Shown piece after piece: positions 20,198-29,750 of a DNA stretch of 64,000 nucleotides. The stretch is taken from the NCBI GenBank assembly GCA_963845515.1, contig CAWJSR010000029.1, positions 1 through 64,000 of the forward strand, in the 5' to 3' direction. Below the pieces are notes generated by a model, which worked only from the letters and a program-made list of their open reading frames with translations, had not been told where the DNA came from and ran no database searches. Within the stretch, counting starts at the first letter, position 1, and the number at the start of each line of letters is the position of its first letter. The translations under genes and the position numbers were made by a program. Source of the stretch: an uncultured delta proteobacterium. GTDB lineage: Bacteria; Myxococcota; Myxococcia; Myxococcales; Anaeromyxobacteraceae.

Positions 20198-20779
20198 TCA
20201 GTCCCAGGCGATCTCGTAGATCGTCTCCATGAAGGCGACGGGCCTGGCCTCCACGCGCGGGTTCTTCGCCTCGGTCGCCTCGAGCGCGGCGACGATCACT
20301 CCACGGTGGAAGGAGTCCGGCATGAAGTCGCGCTTGAAGCTGTAGCGCGCCTGCTTCTCTCCGGTGAATTCCACCGTCCGCACGCCGTAGCTCACCGCCG
20401 ACTTGAACGCGCCCGGCCCGGCCGCGAGCACGCGCCGCGGATCGCGCCCCGCCATGCTGAAGATGGTCTTCCCGACCACCGAGGCCAGGAAGGAGTCGAC
20501 CGTCCGCTTCCCAAGCTGGAAAAACACGGCGTCGAAGGAGCCGTACCTGGGCGCCAGTCGCTCGGCGATGTTCCAGGCCGTCTCGAGATACTCGGTGATC
20601 GGGTACGAGAAGAAGTCGACCCGCGATCCCTTCGCCAGCGGGTCCACCTCGCGCGGGGCCAGGGGGCCGATCTCCGCGCGGGCGAAGTCGAAGAGCGTCG
20701 TGTAGTTGAGGCCGCGCGACGTGTCCGCCGCCGTGGCCTCCTTCTTCAGTAGTTGAAGCGTCGACTTGTCCGTCGCCAC
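20198..20779 (-). CDS. DUF2378 (TIGR02265-like) myxobacterial protein
   Basis: RGLNY...VDFFSYPITEYL...LGKRTVDSFLASVVGK...AVSYG.R...FHRGVI pattern. GTG start after GGAGG. Confidence 0.75.
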   Translation of the reverse strand: MATDKSTLQLLKKEATAADTSRGLNYTTLFDFARAEIGPLAPREVDPLAKGSRVDFFSYPITEYLETAWNIAERLAPRYGSFDAVFFQLGKRTVDSFLASVVGKTIFSMAGRDPRRVLAAGPGAFKSAVSYGVRTVEFTGEKQARYSFKRDFMPDSFHRGVIVAALEATEAKNPRVEARPVAFMETIYEIAWD

Positions 20780-20919
20780 CGCCGTCCTCCCGTCGTCGTG
20801 AATGCCGTCCTGTCCCCGATTAGGGCGCATTATCGCACCACTTTGCCTTGCGGCAGATTGACGCAGGCACTCGGCGATGTTTTAGTCGCTGGCCAAGCCG
20901 GGGGGCGAACGGACGATCG

Positions 20920-21531
20920 ATGCTGGAGCGAGCCAAGACTCCCCCCCCTGCCTACACCTCGGAGCGAAACGGCCGCCTGGTAAAGGGGACGCTGATCGCT
21001 TCTCGGCTCCGCTTCCTCCGGGCGCGCGGCCCGGAGATGACCGACCGGGTGCTCAACCGGATGACCTCCGAGGATCAGGCCGTGCTTCGCGGGATGATCC
21101 TCCCGAGCAGTTGGTACTCTGCCGACGTCCTCCTGCGGCTCGAGATGACAGCGGCGGCCATCGTCGCGCGGGGCGACCAGCAGGCGCTCTTCGTGGAGAT
21201 GGGGCGCTACACGGCGCAGGCCAACCTGGGTCCCGCCGGCGTCCAGCGCGCCTACCTTCGCGCCGACGACCCGCACTTCCTGCTCGCGAACGTCCCGCGG
21301 ATGTACGTGACGCAGCACACGGAGGGGAACCGGACCTACGAGAAGACGGCCGAGCGTGCGGCCATAATCCGGAGCTACGGCGAGATGCCGCGTCCGGAGG
21401 ACTGCCTCACGACCGTGGGCTGGATGAGCAAGGCGATCGAGTTCTCCGGGGGTCGGCAGGTCCAGGTCGAGGAGAAGCTCTGCCGCAGCCATGGGGCGGC
21501 CCACTGCGAATATCACTGCTTCTGGGTCTGA
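20920..21531 (+). CDS. DUF2378-like protein with V4R-type C-terminus
   Basis: VKGTLIASRLRFL...ILPSSWY...GW...CRSHGAAHCEY. Confidence 0.7.
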   Translation: MLERAKTPPPAYTSERNGRLVKGTLIASRLRFLRARGPEMTDRVLNRMTSEDQAVLRGMILPSSWYSADVLLRLEMTAAAIVARGDQQALFVEMGRYTAQANLGPAGVQRAYLRADDPHFLLANVPRMYVTQHTEGNRTYEKTAERAAIIRSYGEMPRPEDCLTTVGWMSKAIEFSGGRQVQVEEKLCRSHGAAHCEYHCFWV

Positions 21532-21570
21532 TACGCTGGCGCGCGATAACGCAGCCCAGAAGGAGCAACC

Positions 21571-23037
21571 GTGCGCCGCGCCAAGATCGTCGCAACCATC
21601 GGCCCAGCCTGCCAGGACAACGAGACCCTCGAGAAGCTGCTGACGGTCGGGATGGACGTCGCCCGGCTCAACTTCTCCCACGGCAGCCACGCCGACCACG
21701 CCGACGTGATCGCGCGCGTCCGCACCGCGTCGCGCCACCAACGGCGCGCCGTGGCGCTGCTCCAGGACCTGCAGGGGCCCAAGATCCGGACCGGCAAGCT
21801 GAAGGCCGGCCGCGAAGGGGTCCGGCTCGTCCCGGGCGCCTCGCTCACCATCACGGTGGAGGAGGACGTGGTCGGCGACGCCAGCCTCGTCTCCACCACC
21901 TACCCGCACCTCGCCGAGGACGTGCGCCAGGGCGACCGGATCCTGATGGACGACGGGCTCCTCGAGCTCCGCGTGCTCGACTCCGACGGCGTCCGCGTCC
22001 GGACCGAGGTGATCGAGGGGGGGATCCTCGGCGAGTCGAAGGGGATCAACCTCCCGGGCGTGAAGGTCCGCGCCGAGGCGCTGAGCGAGAAGGATCGGAC
22101 CGACATGGCCTTCGGCCTCGCGAACGGCGTCGACTACATCGCGCTCTCCTTCGTCAGATCCGCCGACGACGTCAACGCCTGCCGCGACGAGATGCTGCGC
22201 CTCGGCCGGACGGTCCCAATCATCGCCAAGATCGAGAAGCCGGAGGCGCTGGACGCGCTCGACGCCATCATCGCCGCTGCGGACGGCCTCATGGTCGCCC
22301 GCGGAGACCTCGGCGTTGAGATCCAGCCCGAGCGCGTGCCGGGGATCCAGAAGGACATGTGCCGGCGGGCGAGCGCCGCGGGGAAGCCGGTCATCATCGC
22401 GACCCAGATGCTCAACTCGATGATCGAGCACGCGCGCCCGACGCGCGCGGAGGCGAGCGACGTGGCGAACGGGATCTGGGACGGCGCCGACGCGGTGATG
22501 CTCTCGGGCGAGACTGCCAGCGGGCGCTTCCCGGTCCAGTCGGTCCAGATGATGGACAGGATCATCCGGGAGGCCGAGGCCACCGTCGGCGCCACCAGGC
22601 CGCCCACGGTGGATCGGCGGAACTTCCACGCCGCCTTCCCCGAGGTGACCGCTTCCGTCGCGGTCCGCGCCGCCGAGTCGGCGGGCGCCGCGCTCATCTG
22701 CTGCTTCACGCTCTCGGGCTCGACCGCGCGGCTCGTCTCCCGCTTCCGCCCGAACGTCCCGATCGTCGGCTTCTCACCCGATCAGGACATCAGGCGGCGC
22801 CTCGCGCTCTACTGGGGCGTCGTCCCCCGCATCATGGAGCCGATCAAGAACACCGACATGGTGGCCGACCTCGTCTGCGAGCGGCTGCTGGAGGACAAGC
22901 TCTGCCGTCCCGGCGATCGGATCGTGCTGGTCCACGGGTCGCCGATCGGCGTCGCCGGCCAGACCAACTCGATCCGGCTCCACGAGGTCCCGCACCCGTC
23001 CGAGCTGGCGGCGCGGAAGTACCGGGTCCCCGTCTAG
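21571..23037 (+). CDS. pyk: Pyruvate kinase
   Basis: KIVATIGPA, ARLNFSHG, DLQGPKIRTG, IIAKIEK, MVARGDLGVE, ATQMLNSM, PTRAEASDVAN, MLSGETA. Confidence 0.98.
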   Translation: MRRAKIVATIGPACQDNETLEKLLTVGMDVARLNFSHGSHADHADVIARVRTASRHQRRAVALLQDLQGPKIRTGKLKAGREGVRLVPGASLTITVEEDVVGDASLVSTTYPHLAEDVRQGDRILMDDGLLELRVLDSDGVRVRTEVIEGGILGESKGINLPGVKVRAEALSEKDRTDMAFGLANGVDYIALSFVRSADDVNACRDEMLRLGRTVPIIAKIEKPEALDALDAIIAAADGLMVARGDLGVEIQPERVPGIQKDMCRRASAAGKPVIIATQMLNSMIEHARPTRAEASDVANGIWDGADAVMLSGETASGRFPVQSVQMMDRIIREAEATVGATRPPTVDRRNFHAAFPEVTASVAVRAAESAGAALICCFTLSGSTARLVSRFRPNVPIVGFSPDQDIRRRLALYWGVVPRIMEPIKNTDMVADLVCERLLEDKLCRPGDRIVLVHGSPIGVAGQTNSIRLHEVPHPSELAARKYRVPV

Positions 23038-23041
23038 GTTC

Positions 23042-23674
23042 ATGTCCGGTGGACGGAGGCCCGCCCTGAGCGACCAGCTCCCACCCCACCACGGCCGCCT
23101 GCGCGATCGGCTCCGCGAGGAGACCGAGAGCGCCATCCTCGACGCCGCCGAGCAGGCCATCGGCGAGGAGGGGCTCAACGCGGCCCGCGTCGAGCGGATC
23201 GCCGCCCGCGCCGGGGTGGCGGTCGGGACCCTCTACAACCACTTCAGGGACAGGAGCACGCTCGTCAACGCGCTGTACGAGGCCCGCGCCGGGGAGCTGC
23301 ACGACCTGCTCGCGGCCTCGCTCGCGGCCACGGCCGACCGACCGGCGGCCGAGCAGGTGCGCGTGATGCTCGCGGCGATGGTCCGCCACGCGAGGGACCA
23401 CGGCCGCCTGTTCAGCGCGCTCATGCAGGACAACGACGGCCCGTCCCGCCTCCGCCCTCCAACGAGCGCCCGGAGCGACATGGGGACGTTCGCCGAGGCA
23501 ATCGTCGCCCGCGGCATCGCGAACGGCGAGTTCCGCGAGGATCCGCAGGCGATCTTCGCCGAGGCGCTGGTCGCCGGCGCAAGGCTCGTCCTCGCGCGGG
23601 CGATCGAGGGGAAGACGAGCGAGGCCGAGGTGGACGCCCTCGCCGAGATCTACGTCCGCGGCGTCTCGCGCTGA
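23042..23674 (+). CDS. TetR/AcrR family regulator
   Basis: AILDAAE...IAARAGVAVGTLYNHF helix-turn-helix. Confidence 0.92.
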   Translation: MSGGRRPALSDQLPPHHGRLRDRLREETESAILDAAEQAIGEEGLNAARVERIAARAGVAVGTLYNHFRDRSTLVNALYEARAGELHDLLAASLAATADRPAAEQVRVMLAAMVRHARDHGRLFSALMQDNDGPSRLRPPTSARSDMGTFAEAIVARGIANGEFREDPQAIFAEALVAGARLVLARAIEGKTSEAEVDALAEIYVRGVSR

Positions 23675-23698
23675 TCTAAGCCTCTTAAGCTAAGCCCC

Positions 23699-23712
23699 GA
23701 CCGAGAGTAATC
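23699..23712. repeat. Left copy of the inverted repeat flanking the RAYT gene
   Basis: gaccgagagtaatc is the exact reverse complement of gattactctcggtc at 24940-24953. Confidence 0.85.
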
Positions 23713-23785
23713 ATCCGCGGACCGTGCGTCCTTCCCGCGGACGGCACCATTCTCGTATCCCCTGGAAAGCACTGACGGGGCGGCT

Positions 23786-23800
23786 CGGCATGCCCGTTGC
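23786..23800 (+). promoter_or_regulatory. Putative sigma54 (-24/-12) promoter of the RAYT gene
   Basis: cGGcatgcccgttGC has GG-N10-GC spacing with TTGC and lies 13 nt before ATG 23814. Confidence 0.5.
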
Positions 23801-23813
23801 CCTACAGCGCGGC

Positions 23814-24710
23814 ATGACTGCTCCTCGCCAGATCTTCGCAGGGACGACCTGGATGCTCTCGCGCCGTTGCTCGGAGCGCCGCTTCTTCCTCAAGCCCTGC
23901 AAGAAGACCAGGGACATCTTCCTGTATGCCCTCGCGCTCCATGCGCAGCGCTACCGGATGCAGGTCCACGCCTTCTGCGTCATGTCGAACCACCACCACC
24001 TGGGGATCACCGACACCATCGGGCTCCTCCCCGACTTCGCGCGCGACTTCCACGCGCTCGTCGCGAGGGCCACGAACTGCTCCCTCGGGCGCTGGGAGGG
24101 CTTCTGGGACCGCGAGAGCTACAGCGCCGTCAGACTCGTCGGCGCCGCCGACGTGCTCGACAAGCTGGTCTACATCCTCGCGAACCCCGTCGCCGCAGGG
24201 CTCGTGCGCCGGGCATCGGACTGGCCGGGGCTCTGGTCCGATCCGCGCCTGATCGGCGGCGAGCCACTCAAGATCCGGAAGCCCAAGGGCTTCTTCGACG
24301 AGAAGGGAAACCTGCCGGACGTCGTCGAGCTTCAGCTCGTCCCGCCGCCGGCCTTCAAGGATCATGCGTCGTTCGTGAAGCTCCTCCTCGAGTCCCTCGC
24401 CGAGGCGGAGCAGGTGGCCATCTCGAGGCTCGATAGCGAGGGGCGCCCGTTCCTCGGCCTCGCCGGCGTGCTCTGTCAGGACGTCGACGCCCGCCCGGCG
24501 TCGGGCGAGCCGCGGCGCCAGTTGAAGCCCCGCGTCGCGTGCAGGAGCAAGTGGAAGCGGATCGAGACCCTTCAGCGGCTGAAGGAGTTCGTGATCGCGC
24601 ACAAGGCGGCGCTCACCATGTGGAGGAGCGGCGTCCGCAACGCTCTCTTCCCGCCGGGCACCTGGCACATGCGCGTCGTGCACGGTGCGTGTTGCGTCGA
24701 TTACGGGTAG
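23814..24710 (+). CDS. REP-associated tyrosine transposase (RAYT, Y1 HUH family)
   Basis: RRCSERRFFL, AFCVMSNHHHL (HUH), FWDRESY, YILANPVAAGLV...WPG. Confidence 0.9.
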   Translation: MTAPRQIFAGTTWMLSRRCSERRFFLKPCKKTRDIFLYALALHAQRYRMQVHAFCVMSNHHHLGITDTIGLLPDFARDFHALVARATNCSLGRWEGFWDRESYSAVRLVGAADVLDKLVYILANPVAAGLVRRASDWPGLWSDPRLIGGEPLKIRKPKGFFDEKGNLPDVVELQLVPPPAFKDHASFVKLLLESLAEAEQVAISRLDSEGRPFLGLAGVLCQDVDARPASGEPRRQLKPRVACRSKWKRIETLQRLKEFVIAHKAALTMWRSGVRNALFPPGTWHMRVVHGACCVDYG

Positions 24711-24939
24711 CGCCTGCCCGATCTCAGCACCCTGACCGATGGACGGCGTCTCGATGCGTGACGCCATGGGCCGAGCCATGCCTCCATGACGCCCTTGCGA
24801 TGGGGTGGTCGCCAACCTGGAGCGTGGTCTGGACCGTCGTCACGCTCGTTGCGTCCCGTCGCCGCAGTCGGCCGAGGCTTCTCGTCTTCCTCCGTCCACC
24901 TCTGGTCCCTCGTCACGGCGCTATTCGCCCTGCGTCGAC

Positions 24940-25065
24940 GATTACTCTCGGTCTGGGCGCCGGGCGGGCGCCACCATTACTCTCGGTCTGGGCGCCGCGG
25001 TCTGGGCGCCGTCTGGGCGCCGGTCTGCGCCGGTCTGGGCGCCCGCGCCGGGCGCCGGCGCCGGG
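24940..25065 (+). repeat. REP-like repeat cluster: two ATTACTCTCGGTCTGGGCGCCG copies plus tandem (G)GTCTGGGCGCC units
   Basis: 22-bp direct repeats at 24941-24962 and 24976-24997. Further units at 24999-25010, 25011-25021, 25022-25031 (variant) and 25032-25043, then decayed GGCGCC units. Confidence 0.88.
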
Positions 25066-27627
25066 CTACCTACCGGACACCCACCGCGACACCGCTGGCA
25101 GCGCCCGCTCGCGGAGCGCGACGTCCTGCCGTAGCCGCTCCACGGTCTGGGCCACCGCCTGGCGCGCCTCCTCCATCGGGTGCGCGGCCAGGAAGGTCTC
25201 GACCTCCTCCAGTTCCCCCCGGGTGACGAGCGCGCCGAGCGCCTCGACGGTCCGCCGGACGAGCATGGGGGCGTGCGCCAGCCTGGCGTGGAACGCGCCC
25301 CACCGCGCCCTCAGCTCCGCCCAGAACGGTGCGCGTGCCACCGGGTTCCCGAGCAGCGCCCCGGCGAAGCCGGCCGACTCCTGGAGCGGGAGCCGGTCTG
25401 AGAGAGCCAGCTCGATCGCCCGCGCGACGAGCGCCGGGGTCTCGAACGCGGCCAGCGCAAAGAGATAGCGCCGCCTGAAGGTGGGCTCGGTCTCACGCTC
25501 GGCGAGCGCGGCGAAGCGCTCGTAGCGGGAGGCGTCGCCGCCCCGCGCGACCATCGTCACGGCCGCGTCGTGGAGGTTGGCCTCGAGCGCGCCCCGCTCC
25601 CCTCCCGCGAACCGATCGAGGCGTGCCGCGGCCTCGGCCACGGTCGCTGGCTCGCGCCCCACGACGCCGACCGCGCGGACGAGCGCAGCGCGGCGGAGCC
25701 GGACGGCGTCATCCTCTCCGGCAGCCGGATCCCAGCCGACCTTCGCGAGCCCCGGCCGGAAGATCCTGGCCACGAGGTCGCGCAGGCGCTGGCGGTCGGG
25801 CTCGTCGACGAGCCGGTGCTCGAGGAGGGCGAGCCTCCCCACGACCTCGTCGAGGACCGCGTGATCCTGCTCGTCGGCGAAGGCCACGAGGAGATCGGCC
25901 ACGGCGCCGATCTCACGCTCTCCCGCGCGGACGAGCGCCCACTCGTCGGAGAGGAGGCCGATCCGCTCGGCCGGCGCGAGCGCCGGGAGGTTGCCCGCGA
26001 GGGCCGCAAGCGCAGCGGCGTCGTAAGCGACCCGGTAGAAGCCGGTGGAGCCGGCGTTAGCCGTGACCCACGCGATCTCGCCCTTCCCCGGCAGCTCCAG
26101 CTCGCGCTCCTCCAGCCTGAGGAGCGCCCTGGTCTCGTGCACGCCCTCGGCGTCGCCCCACCGGACCACCAGCGGGATCGGCCAGCGCGACGCGTCGGCG
26201 CTGCCGACGGCGGCCGGATCCGAGAGGAACCGGCGCTGCGAGAGGCTCAGCGTGCGCCCCGCTCGCGAGACGCGCACGAGCGGATGGCCTGGCTGCCTGA
26301 TCCAGGCGTTGGCCAGCTCCACCACCGGCAGGCTGGAGGCCTCGCCGAGCGCGCCCCACAGGTCGTCGGCGACGGCGTTCCCCTTCGCGTGGCGCCGCAT
26401 GTAGAGCCTGATCCCCTCGCGGAACTGGGCCGCGCCGAGCCAGCCCTCGATCATGCGGAGGACGGCGCCACCCTTCTCGTAGGTGATGAGGTCGAAGGCC
26501 TCGGTCGCCTCGGCCACCGTCCGGACCTCGGAGCGGATCGGGTGGGTGGAGAGGAGCGCGTCCAGCGCGAGCGCGGCCGCCTTCCCCTTGTCGAAGTCGA
26601 GCCACATGCGCCACTCCGGGCGCCAGTCGGCGACGATCTCGTAGGCCATCCAGGTCGCGAAGGCCTCGTTGAGCCAGAGGTCATCCCACCACTTCATCGT
26701 CACGAGGTTGCCGAACCACTGGTGCGCGAGCTCGTGCGTCACGACCTCGGCCACCCGCTTCTTCTGGGCCAGCGACGCCGTCGCGGGGTCGAGCAGGAGC
26801 GCCACTTCGCGGAAGGTGACCAGGCCGGCGTTCTCCATCGCCCCCGCCTCGAACTCCGGGAGCGCCACCTGGTCCAGCTTGCCGAAGGCGTACGGGAGAC
26901 CGAAGTAGTCCTCGAGCCGCGGCAACGCCGCCAGCGCCGCCTCCTGCCCGAAGCCGGTGAGGGCGAGCTTCTCTGCGACGGCCCACGTGCGGACCGGCAC
27001 ACCGCGGACGGCGTCAGGAGGCCGGCTCACGATCGGGCCCAGCGCGAGCGCAACCAGGTAGGTCGGCAGCGGCGGCGTCTCGCGGAACACGACCCGGCGC
27101 GTCGCCCCGAGCGGCTCCTCCGACTCGACCGCCGCGTTCCCGAGGAGAGGCGTGCCGGCGGGGAGCACCACCGAGAGCTTCCACGGCGCCTTGAAGCCCG
27201 GCTCGTCGAGGCACGGAAAGACCCGCCGCGCGTCGGCCGCCTCGAACTGGGTAGCGGCCGTGCCCGCGCCCGACGGGTACAGCCCCCGCAGCCCCTCGCA
27301 GAACCGGCCCGCCCAGGCGATCTCGATCGTCGCCTCACCCGGCCCGACGGGCTCGGGGAGCGCGATCAGGACCGTCTCGCTCGCCGGCTTGGGCATCACC
27401 GACGACGCCGCTAGCTCCCGCCCAGCGGCGCGGACGACGACCCGCCGGACGGAGAGCTCGACCGCGTGCAGCACGATCTCGGTGGTCGGATGTGCGAGAG
27501 TGAGCGCAAGCCGCAGCTCACCGGCGAAGGTCCTCGCTTCCGGATCGACGTGAAGCTCGGCGTCGTACCGCAGCGGACGCGCCCCTTCGGGAAGACGAAA
27601 CGCCGAGTTGTCGGTCGGATGGGTCAT
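25066..27627 (-). CDS. M1 family (PepN/ERAP1-type) aminopeptidase
   Basis: TQFEAADARRVFPC, GAMENAGL, HELAHQWFGNLVT...WLNEAFA, YEKG. Confidence 0.96.
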   Translation of the reverse strand: MTHPTDNSAFRLPEGARPLRYDAELHVDPEARTFAGELRLALTLAHPTTEIVLHAVELSVRRVVVRAAGRELAASSVMPKPASETVLIALPEPVGPGEATIEIAWAGRFCEGLRGLYPSGAGTAATQFEAADARRVFPCLDEPGFKAPWKLSVVLPAGTPLLGNAAVESEEPLGATRRVVFRETPPLPTYLVALALGPIVSRPPDAVRGVPVRTWAVAEKLALTGFGQEAALAALPRLEDYFGLPYAFGKLDQVALPEFEAGAMENAGLVTFREVALLLDPATASLAQKKRVAEVVTHELAHQWFGNLVTMKWWDDLWLNEAFATWMAYEIVADWRPEWRMWLDFDKGKAAALALDALLSTHPIRSEVRTVAEATEAFDLITYEKGGAVLRMIEGWLGAAQFREGIRLYMRRHAKGNAVADDLWGALGEASSLPVVELANAWIRQPGHPLVRVSRAGRTLSLSQRRFLSDPAAVGSADASRWPIPLVVRWGDAEGVHETRALLRLEERELELPGKGEIAWVTANAGSTGFYRVAYDAAALAALAGNLPALAPAERIGLLSDEWALVRAGEREIGAVADLLVAFADEQDHAVLDEVVGRLALLEHRLVDEPDRQRLRDLVARIFRPGLAKVGWDPAAGEDDAVRLRRAALVRAVGVVGREPATVAEAAARLDRFAGGERGALEANLHDAAVTMVARGGDASRYERFAALAERETEPTFRRRYLFALAAFETPALVARAIELALSDRLPLQESAGFAGALLGNPVARAPFWAELRARWGAFHARLAHAPMLVRRTVEALGALVTRGELEEVETFLAAHPMEEARQAVAQTVERLRQDVALRERALPAVSRWVSGR

Positions 27628-27761
27628 CTTTCGCTCTCTCGCTGCGCGCCCCTGAAGGGTTGGCGGTGATTCGCTTACCGTGCGCCTTGGCGCAGGAGTC
27701 ATTATCCCATTGGAGGGGGTAAGCAACCCCTCGCGTCCGCTTCTCCCACGGAGGAAGCACC

Positions 27762-29687
27762 ATGAGCGAGACCGCACGGACCACCGCCGAGATCGACAAG
27801 TCCCGCCAGGTCGCAGAGGCGGCGAGAGAGAGCGAGTGGAAGGGCAAGGGCTTCATCCGAGAGCTCTTCCTGGGAAGCTTCCGCCTCGACTACATCCACC
27901 CGTACCCCAGGCTCGACGACAATCGACCGGAGTTCACCCGCTTCTACGAGGAGTTCAGGCGGTTCCTCGACGAGCGCGTCGACCCGGCGCTGATCGACGA
28001 GACCGGCGAGTACCCGGCCGACGTCGTGGATGGCCTCAAGAAGATGGGGGCCTTCGGGATGAAGATCCCGAAGGAGTACGGCGGCCTCGGCTTCACGCAG
28101 CGTGAGTTCTCCCGCGTGATGCAGCTCCTGGGCGGCTACGACGGCAGCCTCACGGCGCTCCTCTCCGCGCACCAGTCGATCGGCGTGCCGCAGCCGGTGA
28201 AGCTCTTCGGGACCGACGACCAGAAGAAGCGCTTCCTGCCCCGCTGCGCGGCCGGCGCCATCAGCGCCTTCGCCCTCACCGAGACCGTGGTCGGCTCGGA
28301 CCCGGCGCGGCTGGCGACGACCGCCGAGCCGACCGAGGACGGCAAGTTCTTCGTCCTCAACGGCTCGAAGCTCTGGTGCACCAACGGCACCATGGCGGAG
28401 CTGCTCGTGGTGATGGCGCGCAACCCGAAGAACGACGCCATCAGCGCCTTCGTCGTGGAGACGAGCTGGCCGGGGGTCGAGGTCGCCCAGAGCCTCCACT
28501 TCATGGGGCTGCGGGCCATCTCCAACGCGGCGCTGCGGTTCACCAACGTCAAGGTCCCGCGGGAGAACCTGATCGGCGGCGAGGGGCGCGGCCTCAAGAT
28601 CGCGCTCACGACGCTCAACACCGGCCGGCTCACCATCCCGGCGGCGGTGACCGGCGGCGCGAAGGCGGCGCTGGAGCTGGTCCGCAAGTGGGCAAACGCG
28701 CGCGTCCAGTGGGGGCAGGAGGTCGGCAAGCACGAGGCGATCACCCACAAGCTCGCCGAGATCGGCGCCACCACCTTCGCGATGGAGGCGGTGTCCGACC
28801 TGGCACAGGCGCTCGCCGACCTGCACGGCTACGACATCCGGCTCGAGGCGGCGGCCGCGAAGGAGTGGAACACCACGAGCGCGTGGCGGCTCATCGACAC
28901 CGCGATGCAGGTGCGCGGCGGCCGCGGCTACGAGACCGAGCGGTCGCTCGAGTCGCGGGGCGAGACTCCTGTCGGGGTCGAGCGCTGGATGCGCGACACC
29001 CGCATCAACACGATCTTCGAAGGCTCCTCGGAGATCATGCACCTCTTCATGGCCCGCGAGGCGGTGGACAAGCACCTCAAGATCGCCGGCGCGCTCATCG
29101 ACCCGAAGGTCGGCCTCGGCGCGAAGCTCGGCGCGCTCCCGGGGATCGCAGGCTTCTACCTCTCCTGGTACCCGGGGCTGTGGCTCCGGGGCCTGACCGC
29201 GCCCCGCTACGGGGAGTTCGGCCCGTTGGCCGGCCACCTGCGCTTCGTCGAGCGGCGCGGCCGCAAGCTGGCCCGCCAGATCTTCCACGCGATGGTGGTC
29301 TTCGGCGCGCGGACCGAGCGCAAGCAGGCCTTCCTCTTCCGCGCCATCGACGTCGCCAACGAGCTCTTCGCGATGGCCGCGACCGTCTCCCGGGCCCAGG
29401 CGCTCCTCCAGGCCGGGAAGCCGGAGGGGCACAGCGCGGTGGAGCTGGCTGGAGCCTTCTGCAGGCAGGCGGTCAGGAGGGTCGACGGCCTCTTCGCCGC
29501 GCTCTGGTCGAACGACGACGACGCCAACTACGAGACCGGTCGCAGGGTGCTCGCCGGCTCGTACGAGTGGGCCGAGAAGGGGACGATGCCCATCGGCGCC
29601 GAGATCGAGGACCTGCGACCGAGGCTGCCCGACGCCACGCCGCCGGTGGCCGCGCCGAGGAAGGCGAAGGCGCCCGCCGAGGTCTAG
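27762..29687 (+). CDS. Acyl-CoA dehydrogenase (VLCAD/ACAD9-like)
   Basis: IPKEYGGLG, AHQSIG, AFALTE...GSD, LNGSKLWCTNG, GGRGY, RDTRINTIFEG. Confidence 0.95.
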   Translation: MSETARTTAEIDKSRQVAEAARESEWKGKGFIRELFLGSFRLDYIHPYPRLDDNRPEFTRFYEEFRRFLDERVDPALIDETGEYPADVVDGLKKMGAFGMKIPKEYGGLGFTQREFSRVMQLLGGYDGSLTALLSAHQSIGVPQPVKLFGTDDQKKRFLPRCAAGAISAFALTETVVGSDPARLATTAEPTEDGKFFVLNGSKLWCTNGTMAELLVVMARNPKNDAISAFVVETSWPGVEVAQSLHFMGLRAISNAALRFTNVKVPRENLIGGEGRGLKIALTTLNTGRLTIPAAVTGGAKAALELVRKWANARVQWGQEVGKHEAITHKLAEIGATTFAMEAVSDLAQALADLHGYDIRLEAAAAKEWNTTSAWRLIDTAMQVRGGRGYETERSLESRGETPVGVERWMRDTRINTIFEGSSEIMHLFMAREAVDKHLKIAGALIDPKVGLGAKLGALPGIAGFYLSWYPGLWLRGLTAPRYGEFGPLAGHLRFVERRGRKLARQIFHAMVVFGARTERKQAFLFRAIDVANELFAMAATVSRAQALLQAGKPEGHSAVELAGAFCRQAVRRVDGLFAALWSNDDDANYETGRRVLAGSYEWAEKGTMPIGAEIEDLRPRLPDATPPVAAPRKAKAPAEV

Positions 29688-29701
29688 CCTTCATGGCCGC
29701 T

Positions 29702-29750
29702 CCCCCTCTCCCTCACCTCCCTCACCGAGGGAGAGGGTCGGGGTGAGGGA
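29702..29750. repeat. CCCTCTCCC...GGGAGAGGG palindromic REP-like element, copy 1
   Basis: ccccctctccctcacctccctcaccgagggagagggtcggggtgaggga lies between convergent genes; a related copy is at 56059-56105. Confidence 0.7.

Noticed and set aside
24940..25065. Possible mini-CRISPR array
   Set aside because: Units are 10-22 bp and mostly abut, there are no regular unique spacers, and no cas genes are present.
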